Shown piece by piece: positions 22,253 through 33,900 of a stretch of 41,254 nucleotides of DNA (position 1 is the stretch's first letter; each line of letters starts with the position of its first letter). Source of the DNA: Octopus bimaculoides. Taxonomy: Eukaryota. Both the position numbers and the translations under genes were made by a program. The notes below the pieces were generated by a model. The model saw nothing but the letters and a program-made list of their open reading frames with translations. It ran no database searches and was not told the DNA's origin. The stretch covers positions 81,087,425 to 81,128,678 of the forward strand of contig NC_068981.1 of NCBI RefSeq assembly GCF_001194135.2. The letters are read 5' to 3'.

Positions 22253-22392
22253 TGATAAGATTCTTCTTATCTTTCCATGTTTCACATGAACAAATAAAAA
22301 AATATAATATTACCTAAGATGACTGAATAGATATCTGGGAGATAAAAATAAACATGATTTAATAAGGATGAGCTGTAAGTTCTTAGCCTTTT

Positions 22393-22512
22393 TCACTGAG
22401 CCGGTGCTGGAATGAGTGGAGCTTCAAGTGGCTCTGGTTCTGAAGGGCTTGGTTGATGAGCTGCAATTCTCTCTTCAAGCATTTTGTACACAGTATGAGC
22501 TGCTTCACAATT
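22393..22512 (-). CDS. NELFB: NELF-B last coding exon (NCEAAHTVYKMLEERIAAHQPSPSEPEPLEAPLIPAPAQ*)
   Basis: Acceptor tatttttcag|AAT, stop TGA at 22395-22393. Pro-rich tail as in vertebrate NELF-B. Confidence 0.88.
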   Translation of the reverse strand, partial: NCEAAHTVYKMLEERIAAHQPSPSEPEPLEAPLIPAPAQ

Positions 22513-25500
22513 CTGAAAAATACAGAAAAATAATCATTTCTAATTTAGGTACAGCTAGTTGGGTTGATAGAATCAAGTACTTGACCAGTACTTTGTTTTA
22601 CTGGCCCTGAGATGATGAAAGGCAAAACTGACCAAAGCAAGATTAGACGCATGAAGGGTATTTTTTTTCTTTTCTGATACTCATTATCTATCAGTTTGTT
22701 ACCTAATTAATAATGATTTTTAATTTAGACACAAAGTCAGCAATTATATTTGAGGGGCTACTTAGTCTATACTATCAACCCTAGTACTTTACTGAGCCTG
22801 GAAGGATAAAAGGCAAAGTTGACTGTTGCAGGATCTGAACTGAGAACATCACCCTTGCTTTCCTCCTCTACCACTCTTCACATCATCATACACTTACTCC
22901 CAACCTATTTTTCTTCGGTCTTCACTCTTATATTTACCTTCCTTTGCTATTATGCTCCTTTGATTTAAAACTCTTAACTAATGAGGACTAATTTTATGAG
23001 GTATGAGACAAACTTGTGCTAGTATCATGTTAAAATGCACCAAGTACACTTTGTAAAGTGATTGGCAAACAAGTGAAGATGACCCTTTTGCCTTGTGGAG
23101 GACATGATAGCTTTTTTAGGCTGGTGTCACAATAAATGCACCCAGTACATTCTGTATCGTGACTGGTGATAGGAAGGGCATCCATCTGTAGAAACCAAAC
23201 CAAAACTGCAACATGTGAGACTGTCCTCTGCCATGTCTATAAGAACAGTAACTCTGAATGACAACTGACTTGGACCATAATGGCCCATCCAACCCATACG
23301 AAAATGAAAGCGGACAAATGATAAGAAATAACTGCATGTAAACGTTTAACATACTTCTTAATATGTGGGGTAGAATCCCTATAATACTACATAGCACAAA
23401 TGGTGGTATTAAGGGAGGCTTACAAATGCTTATACAAAACAAATATAAAGATAAATCACAACACATTAACCATTTTAATAACAGATCACCTTTATATATC
23501 TTGAATGGTTGAACTGGTTTAAAAGTTAAATACTTATTCCTAAATAGAGCTGGTAGGTTCTTCACTATCCTGATTTATATTAGACTTTCACTCCCATGGG
23601 TCACTTCAATCAGCAACTCACAGTAATTTTTTTACCCTAGATGTATAATCCATCTGTTTCCATTAAGTCATCTATGCTATGAGGTTCAATGTGTTCAGGG
23701 CAAGATCACAAAAGTGGGTCTTCTGAGTAAGACCCACTTTTGTAGATTTTGTTTTAAACTAGTTCCTTGGCATTTTGCTGTTATATTCAGTCCTTTTGGT
23801 TTTGAATAGACTCTTCCAAACTTTCATCTGATACAGCAAAGATAAAGTTATGAATAAATAAATGGGCATCCAGTTGTGAACCATTGAGTAAAGGGCAGGA
23901 TGAAAAGGACCACAGGTAATGATTTGAAAAACCACTATGTGAATACAATATAATGTAGAGTTTTAGAGGAACTCAGATATGTTAGAAGATATCTATATGA
24001 TCCAGCAGTCAATCATACTAATTCACTGATCTCCAACTCCAGATATGACTTGTTACATTGCCTTTAGCCGAAAATATATGTAGTGTAAGAGTTGAGTGAC
24101 TTATAATGTATTTTTATTTTTTTAATTGGACTGTTTTACAGTGAGCTAATATTCAATGAAAACTGGTTAGAAGGACACCAAACTACTGGTCCACTGAGAG
24201 TTAAGTATCTTTGACAAGGAAACAGTCAGGATATAAACAAACAATATTACAGATATCACAATAACTTGACCAACAATGGTAGTTCTCTTCTTTAACAAAC
24301 AGTTGAGAAATAAACATTACCTCACAGTTGGAAGCTACTACAGCCATAAGTGACTTCAAGCGAGCTGGAGGCAATCTGGCATAGATGTACCATAACAGAC
24401 GTAATATGTGACGTACTATATTGGATTTTACCTTGATACCCGGCTGATAGAAGAAAAAAAAAGAAATAAAATTAGTTAATTCTTCATTTAAAAAGAATGT
24501 TCAGTTTGAAAACCAATCATCTAAATAGTAACACCAACAACTAAAATTCATTTGTACATAAACCAGTTAATAGATAAGAAGAATTAAACAAAAGTTGGGT
24601 AACCCCAAAACCAACTAATAAGTATTCATAAAAGGTGAATATTAATTACTTAATAAATATGTTCTTTCATATTACAGAAAAACTAAGATAGTCCCAAAAT
24701 CAAGCCCTTGATGAGCTCCAAACAAAGATTTATGAGGAATGCTGAATAAGATTTGACTGCTATTTCTAGCAGTTAAGCAACCACATAGTCTTCCTAATTG
24801 TTTCAAGATACTTATTGTAGTTCTTCATAGTACAACTGGTAAAGTTGTCTGAACTGTACTGATCAGAGAAGGTGCTAAGTATTTTAAAAAGTTTAGTGAC
24901 ACCATTTCTAGAGAAAAATACAAATGTTATAATAATTTCATATACATGCAAAAGGCCAGCACTTGAACTGGTACCTTATTTCTTCGAACCCCGCAATGTA
25001 AGAGATTGTAGCTAAATGCCACAAGGAATTCATTCTGTCTGCTATCCTGACAATTCTGCTCACCTACAGCCTAACAGAAATGTTATGATATAAATTTCTG
25101 TTAAATGCAACCAAAATGAAACAGGTCTTAAAAAATTAGTATAAATGCAACAAAATATAAGACTGCTCACTCACAATTAAAAATTCATCAAAAGTTGCAA
25201 TACAAAAGTCTTCTTGGCTGAAGTCTTCACTCATAGTGATGAGATAAGAAATCAAAGTGTGCAGGAATGTTTCATCAAAAGCTCGGTCACTTTCACAATG
25301 GGCTAAAGCTGGTAGTATAGACATGACAGCAGGTTTATCTTTTTGTCGGGTGACCTGAAGGGTGTAGTACATCACAATCATACTTCCGACATTTGTTAGC
25401 TTCAAAACAGTCAAAAAGAGGTCAGGAGGAGCGGCAACTTGCACAGGTGGAGCGTCTGATAAACGTGCACTAAGTGAGCGCAGTTGGTCATCAACCAGCA

Positions 25501-27886
25501 TATTTACCACATAAGGAAGGAACTTACTAAAAATTTCAGGCCCCTGTAAAAAAAAAAAAAAAATTAAATTAAATGTAAATAATCACTATGAAAAACATAT
25601 AAGCCATTCAAAAACATACAGACTTGACTTAAACACTTACGTGTTTTTATTATTTATTTACCATAAACTTTTCTTGCACCAGCTGCAACCTGGTCACAGA
25701 AATGGTTCCACTGCAACTGAAGTGAAGTTTACAGTTTTTGTATCATTGTTTTAAAAAAATCATATTATATTTTATAATTCAATATTACTAGGAACTGTAT
25801 AAGAAATTGTTTAAATATTTTGTGTATTGTAGACATAACTAATCTATTGTACATAAATTTTAACAAAATCTTATATGGACCTCAGTTGAGAACCACTGCT
25901 TTAGACAATGTATGTTCACAATACACATGATTTACCAGTGCAAGGGGATTTTGAAACACTACCCCACTAGACCATTGTTTACAGGAATCAGCAAACAAAT
26001 TACTTACTGATGAATGCTGTGAGATTCATTGGTCTGGCAGGGATGCTTTCACTGAGGAGACACACAATGAGGTTGAAACACTGCAGTGTTTCCAGAGGGA
26101 TCCCATACATCGGTGAATTGCATATTTGCATATGACGGGAGGAAGTGTTCTCTGATGACAAAAACCAACACCGATCAGACATTCATGTTTGAATCTACTA
26201 GAATGTATTGAGAATGAATAGCTACATTATTGTTTGGATTCTTGCTGTTCTGTGTGTGCCCTGTGAATTATTATGTTTGGCAGCTATCAACATTCAGCAG
26301 CAAATAAATTGTTTCCTGATTCCTATAAGCAAAAACTCCTGCTCTCTTGAGATTCATCAGCCTGGCAGGATAACTTTCACTGGAGAAACACAATGGGATC
26401 AAAACGTCATGATGTCTCAAAGTCCCCTTAAACTGGTGAATTACATGTGTTATGAACACACATCATTTAAAGGGAGGGGTTCTTCAATGATAAAAAAAAA
26501 AAAACAGTGATCAGATATTCACGTTTGAATCTGCCAAAACAATTTAAGTATAAATAAATGTTATCGCTTGAATTCTCATTGTTCTGCGTGTACCTTATGA
26601 GAAATAGAAATAAAGATGGTTTTTAATATGAATAGCCTACTTGATAGAGTACTAAACAACCAGACAAGGAGATCATTTGTGTCACATTACTAGGACTGTA
26701 TGTATCCATGGCTGATGGACTTAGCACATAACAAATGAATGGCACCTCCTTCTATCTTGATAAAGTCTGTTACAATGATTTCAGTTCCTCCAGGAAAGGC
26801 TAGCAATCTACTCAGGTGGAAATTAATTTCGCATCCACTTAATATAATGGAAGCTAGAGTTGGGTAATCACCCTTAGGAACCTTGCAAAAGAAAATCATA
26901 AATCATATTTTCTCAGTTTTAACCCTGATGAACTGGTTAGACTTAAGGTTAAATGGATCAATAAACTAACAAGTCAATAAAGTAACATGTAATTATAGTA
27001 AATAATCTTAAAGGAGCATCAAGATTAAATGTTAACCAGACACAAACATCTGAAGTGAAAATAAGAACTCAGTTCATACCAACTTAGGTTCCTTAAATAC
27101 TTGACTGTCAATCATATCCCAAGCTGCAAATCCAAGAGCCATTAATCTCACAAGTAAAATAAGATCATTGTTATCCTGCAAGAGAAAATACAGTTTGTAA
27201 AATACATGCACACACACACACACACTTACACACGTGTGTATAAACCATAAAGAGAAAGGACTGAATGCAGTAAGTGATTTATAACTGTGAGAATACAGAG
27301 CAATGACTAGAAAAGGGGGCAACATAAACGGTTTAAGTTGTACAAAACCATAAATGCAAACTGCTAACTAGGGGAAAAATAGTCTTTTACCAATAATATA
27401 AAAACTTTTTATAACACTCATTCTTGCATGGGTTGGACAATTCAAAAGAATCTAACAGGCCTGAGGACTACAATATGTTCCAATGACTTGGTGCCCTTCC
27501 TAACACCAACCACTTGACAGAGTGTACTGGGTGCTTTTTTTGTAGCACCAGCATTAGTGAGGTCTCTTAATTGAGTGAGAAAGGCTGAAATGAGGGAGGT
27601 GACTTAATGAGACGATAGAAACAGGTGTCTTGCTGTAGAGGAGATACATGGATACTCCAGAAAGAAAGGAAAGAAAAGATAGTAGTGATGAAGTGAATAT
27701 AAGAGGGAACAGGTATAGAGGATCAGGAAGGGTGGATAGTTAAGTTTATAAGAGTGTGAAAGGAGAGTGACATGGCTAAAGATGAGGGTAAAGTTGAATG
27801 CAGTGAATGGAGAACAGGGTGGATGTAGTCAATGGGAAATACCAGAAAGTGAAGGAAATAGGAGTCAGAGGAGGAGGTGATGAATA

Positions 27887-27931
<45 letters not shown>

Positions 27932-30900
27932 CAACCCATGTCAGTGAGGAACATAGACATTAAATGATAATGATGATATACCACTGCTAGCAACAAAGAT
28001 CTTTTGCCTCAGAGTGAAGAGTAGATTGTATGATACATGTGTCAGGACGTTGATGCTACATGGCAGTGAGATATAGGCCAAGAATGAAGAGGACTTGAAA
28101 GGACTGGAAAGAAATAAAGTGAGCATATTCAGCTGATGTGCAGTGTGAGTGAGTATGTATGACAAAAGCACAAATGAGTTGAGAGATAAAACTAAATATA
28201 AGAAGGATCAGATGTGGTGTGCAAGAAAGAAGACTGTGCTAGTTTGGACATGTGATGTATATGAATGAGGATAGCTGTTTAAAGAAATGCTGATCAGTTT
28301 GTTGTGGATGAAGCTTGCAGAAGAGAGAGACCCAGGAAGACATGGAACAAAGTGATGAAGGTTGATTCAAGACTCCACAGAGATGATGAAGGATCAGTAT
28401 GATTGGCAACATGCAGTTCTTGAGAAGACCTGCCCACCTCAATGAAACAAACTCTGGAAGCATAATATATACACAAATGCACATTCCCACCTCCCTTTGC
28501 CTCTCTAACTGCAATTGCTGCTGTAAATAAACACAAGCAGAACTGCAAACTTCAACTTTTCCTTGATACCATTTACCCTTCTAACTACTCAGACCCATTT
28601 TGCTTGTTATCCATCCTTCATTCTTAATTCTGTCTCCTCCACCCACTTTCTACATTGATCACCTTCAACCATGTATCATCACTTTTCCTCATCTTTCTCC
28701 TGTCTACTGTACCATTATTACTATTCTGCTGCTCCTCATCTCTGCTTTTTCTGCACTGTCAGTCATTTCCTACTCTCCCCAACCTCCTATGAATCAGCTA
28801 CCCCCACCCCTTATCACCTCAATCCAACCCAATTTCTACAGTTGTCACTCTCCTCTACCTTCACAATACATCATCTCTCAACACTTCTTTGATATATTCA
28901 TCCCCTAACCCATTCCCTTTTGCTAATCATCATTCACTCTCATACATTCTTACAACCCCTACTCACACACACAGTTTGTCCCCACTCACTTCTGTTTACC
29001 TGATATCTTGAAGGTCCAGAGACATCATTATTTTATTCCCTTTCCAGCTTCACTTGAGTCATTCCCACTCTGTCTTCTAATGTGAGTAGCCATGTAGCTC
29101 TTCTGCAGCAAGAAACCTGTTCTGTTCTAGTCCCTTATCTCATACTTTAACCCTCTCATCCCCTAGCATAATACCACCTCCCTCTTTATTGTAGCCCCAC
29201 CCAGTTGAAGGGTGCAAGATGCATGGAGATCTCACTAGCGCTGGTATCATGTAAAAAGGACCCCAGTACTCATTGTAAAGTGGTTGGCATTAGGAAGGGC
29301 ATCCAGCAATTGAAACCATGCTAAAGCAGGTGTTAGAGCACAATGCAGTCGTTTGCCACATCAGATCATGTCAAACCATCCTGCTCATGCCAGCATGGGA
29401 CAGGGACATTTATTATGATGATAATGATAGAGTAGATGCTTTAGAATTCTTTCACCTTCCATACAAACTAAATACTCTGCACACTTCAGTCTACTAGGTT
29501 AAGCATATCTATATATTTATGAATTAAAAGTATATCCAAAAGACACAAGTGAAAATATGTTGATGCAGTTATCATCAAGTACAATGGACAAAGTGAACAT
29601 TAAAACATAATGCCAAAGCATAAGCTTAACAGCTAAATACAAGCAAAACATATAACATGATAGAAAAGTTAATCTAAATGTTTGTTAATGATCTTTCCAT
29701 CCACACAAAAGTTTCAGGAAAAGTAAAGCATGAATTGTACTTGCAAATGAAATTATAAAAATTGACTGGTTCTACAAATCTGTCATCAAAGTTTAAGGTA
29801 CAAGTGGTAATGCTCAAAAAATTTGCTTATCAGTTAAAAATATCCATTAAAATTTTGGTACAGATATATATCTTAAATTTTCATCAAGGCTAGATTCTAA
29901 ACAAAAGAAAGAGCAGAAAATTGTTTTAGTTTGAACATTACACTTTGTAGAATAGTATCACATAACTGGAAAAGAAAATATCTTGAAAAATTACCATTTT
30001 CATATAAGAGCTTTAAAAAATGATGCACATAAGACAACCCTTTCTCTTTTAAAAGAAAAAAGTGTTTTGATACTTAATTCATAATATAAATATTTTACCA
30101 AAAATAATCAGATTCCTAGTTTAAATATGATAGATTTTAGCAATAAGAATCCATTTCTGATATAAGTGTGACAATATACCAGGGGCTTTCTAGTCCATAC
30201 CATATAAACTTAATAGCTGTTGTTGTTGTTGTTGTTGGCACTCCATCGCTTATGACGTCGAGGGTTCCAGTTGATCCGATCAATGGAACAGCCTGCTCGT
30301 GAAATTAACATACAAGCGAATGAGCACTCCACAAACACATGTACCCTTAACGTAGTTCTCGGGGATATTCAGCATGACACAAAGTGACAAGGCTGACCAT
30401 TTGAATTACAGGCACAACAGAAACAGGAAGTAAGAGTGAGAGAAAGTTGTGGTGAAAGAGTACAGCAGGGTTTGCCACCATACCCTGCTGGAGCCTCGTA
30501 GAGCTTTAAGGTGTTTTCGCTCAATAAACACTCACAATGCCTGGTCTGGGAATCGAAACCGCAATCCTATGACCGCGAGTCCGCTGTCCTAAGCACTGGG
30601 CCATTGCACCTCCACACAATAGTATCACATAACTGTAAAAGAAAATATCTAGAAAAATTACCATTTTCATATAACAGCTTTAAAAAATGATGCAAATAAG
30701 ACAACCCTTTCTCTTTTAAAAGAAAAAAGTGTTTTGATACTTCACTTTGACTTGTATTAATTCATAATACAAATATTTTACCAAAAATAATCAGATTCCT
30801 AGTTTAAATATGATAGATTTTAGCAATAAGAATCCATTTCTGATATACCAGGGGCTTTCTAGTCCATACCATATAAACTTAATAGCAGATAACAGTTATT

Positions 30901-33900
30901 AAGCAGTGAGAGGTTACATTTACACTAGTCCAAATTTACCATAAAAGTCTGACTTGATTTTGAATTCGATGAATACCATTTTGAAAACCAAAAGAAACAA
31001 TTTGTAAACTATCTTTAATAAACCATATTAAAGATGTTGCAAAATATCTAGTAAAATGTTAAAAAGAAACCTACTTACACGTGGAAGCAATTCAAAGTTG
31101 ATACAATGTTGTAGAGCCTTTACTGTAGAAAGAGATATTGTGTGTAGTGTAAAAGGATCGCATAAGATCATTGCAAGGTCCCTAAATAAAGAGAAACAAA
31201 ATAATTAATGACAACATTTGCAATGATGTTATTAATAAAGAAAATATTATTGAAAGACACAAATATATTGCAGTTTATTTTATGTGTAATATTTAAAATA
31301 TCCACTTTACATCTGTGAATATATACATTTAGAAAATACAAATTATCATATAAACCCACACTTGAGAATACTTAAAGTAAAATTAAAATCAACATCAAAC
31401 TTGGTAAAGAAGCCTAAAGTATAGCTAGACAAGCTAAGACAGAGTGTGTTCACAGCTCTCTTCATTTAAGTTTTTGATTAGTTTAATATAGAAGGACCTC
31501 AGAAATTTACATGTGCTAACAACCTTATTCATCATCATCGTTTAACGTCTGCTTTACATGCTGGCACGGGTTGGACGGTTTGACCGAGGGCTGGCAAACC
31601 AGAAGGCTGCACCAGGCTCCAATCTGATCAAGTTTCTACAGTTGGATGCCCTTCCTTAATGCCAACCACTTCAAGAGTGTGGTGGGTGCTTTTTACATGC
31701 CACCGGCATGAGGGTCAGTCAGGCAGTACTGGCATCAACCACACTTGAATGGAGCTTTTTATGTGCCACTGGCACGGGAGCCAGTCAGGTGACACTGGCA
31801 ACGATGCCGCCCAAATGGTGCTTTTTACGTGCCACCAGCATGGGACCAGTCAAGCGGCACTGCCATCAAGCATGCTCATATGGTAGTTTTTACATGCCAG
31901 TCAGGCAGTACTGGCATCAGCCATGACAATGACTTCACTCGACTCAACAGGTCTTCGCAAGCACAGTTTATTGCCCAATGATTGAAGGGTGCTCTTAAAT
32001 GGGCCAGTTATGCTGCACTGGCATAGGTCACGGTTATGGTCTCACTTGGCTTGTCAGGTCTTCTCAAGCACAGCAAAGGTCTTGGTCACTTGTCATTGCC
32101 TCTGTAAGGCCCAACGTTTGAAGGTCGTGCTTCACCACCTAATCCCATGTCTTCCTGGGTCTACCTCTTCCACAGGTTCCCTCTAATGCTAGGGTGTGAC
32201 ACTTTTTCACACAGCTGTCCTCATCCATATGCAACACAAGACCATACCAGCACAGTCGTCTCTCTTCCACACCACATCTGATGCTTATGTCCAACTTTTC
32301 TCTCAGGGCGCTTACACTGTCATGTATGCACACTGACATTACACATCCAGCAGTGCATACTAGCTTCATTTCTTGCAAGCTTACGCATGTCCTCAGCAGT
32401 CACGGCCCGTGTTTCACTACCATGTAGCATGGCTGTTCGCACACATGCGTCATACAGTCTACCTTTTACTCTGAGCGAGAGGCATTTGTCACCAACAGAG
32501 ATAGAAGCTCTCTGAACTTTGCCCAGGCTATTCTTATTCCAGCAGCTACACTCTCAGAGCATCCACCCCCGCTACTGACTTGGTCACCTAGGTAACGGAA
32601 GCTATGAACTACTTGTAGTTTTTCCCCCTGGCATGTGACAGAAGCTGTTCTCTGCACATTTTCAGTGTTTATTGCCCCTGAGCATTTTCCACATACAAAA
32701 ACTATCTTCCCAGTTAGCCTTTCTTTGATATAACTGCACCTCTTATGTGTCCATAGCTTACACTGGGTACATCTTATGGAGTTTCTACCTACGCCTTTTC
32801 TACAGATCGAGCAGGGCCATCTACCTGGAGGGATTCGTGATTTGTCTCCCTTCCTACTTATTAAGACTTTGGTTTTTGCTAGATTGTCTCTAAGGCCCTT
32901 TGATTCTAGACCTTGCTTCCACACCTGAAACTTCTCCACTAGTTTTGGTGGTGACTCAGCTATTAGAGCAAGGTCATCAATACTTACCACCTGACTGGCT
33001 CCCATGCTGGTGGCATGTAAAAAGCACCATTCAAATGTGGCCGATGTCAGTGCCACCTGACTGGCACCCATGCTGGTGGCATATAAAAAGCACCCACTAC
33101 ACTATCGGTGTGGATGGCATTAGGAAGGGCATGGAGTTATAGAAACCTTTGCCAAATCAAGAAAATACTCTAAGAGTATATTCTCTGAGTGCTATTTATA
33201 AAACATTTACTTTTATGAATTTCAATCATTGAATTGTGGCTATGTTGGAGCACTACATTCAAGGGTTTTAATTGATTATATTGAACCCAGGACTTTGGTA
33301 CTTCCTTTCATTGATCTTATAGAGAGAAAAAGATTTAAAAAAAAAAACAACCTGGTAAACATTGATTGCATACCACAAGGGAGTTTTATTTAATGCACTA
33401 TGTTTTTCCATCCCACACCAATATAACCCAATACATATGTACATAAAGTGATTGAGGCATTTGGTAATTTGCTGTGCTTGAGAAAACATGATGAGCCAAG
33501 TGAAATCATAGTCATGGCCAATGCCGGTGACACATAAAAAGCACTTGCACTGGTGACGCATTCATTGCAAAACCTGCTAAACAACTACAAAACAGAACGA
33601 TTGTGTACAGTGGTCTGAAGACGAACCTAATAAAGAGTAAAATCTTGTAGGAACTACAAGGTCCAAAAACATCAGATGTATAACACTTCTTTGAATGGTG
33701 TGCTTTTAATGAAAATCACAATTTGTACCAAAAAAAAAATGTAGTGAAATCTCTGACAGACTGTTAGGACAGCAATATTTTAGATGCAAAAGATGTGGAA
33801 TAGCAACTAGTATGGAACAGCCATAAAGTTTAGATGGCTAACTATAAATGGAGATAAGTTTCGTTACATAGATGAAATAATACATTTTATGGTTGGAAGT

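Noticed and set aside
26020-26600. Pair of H/ACA or C/D snoRNAs
   Set aside because: On the host (-) strand the ACA box appears in only one copy, and no H box or C/D pair is conserved.
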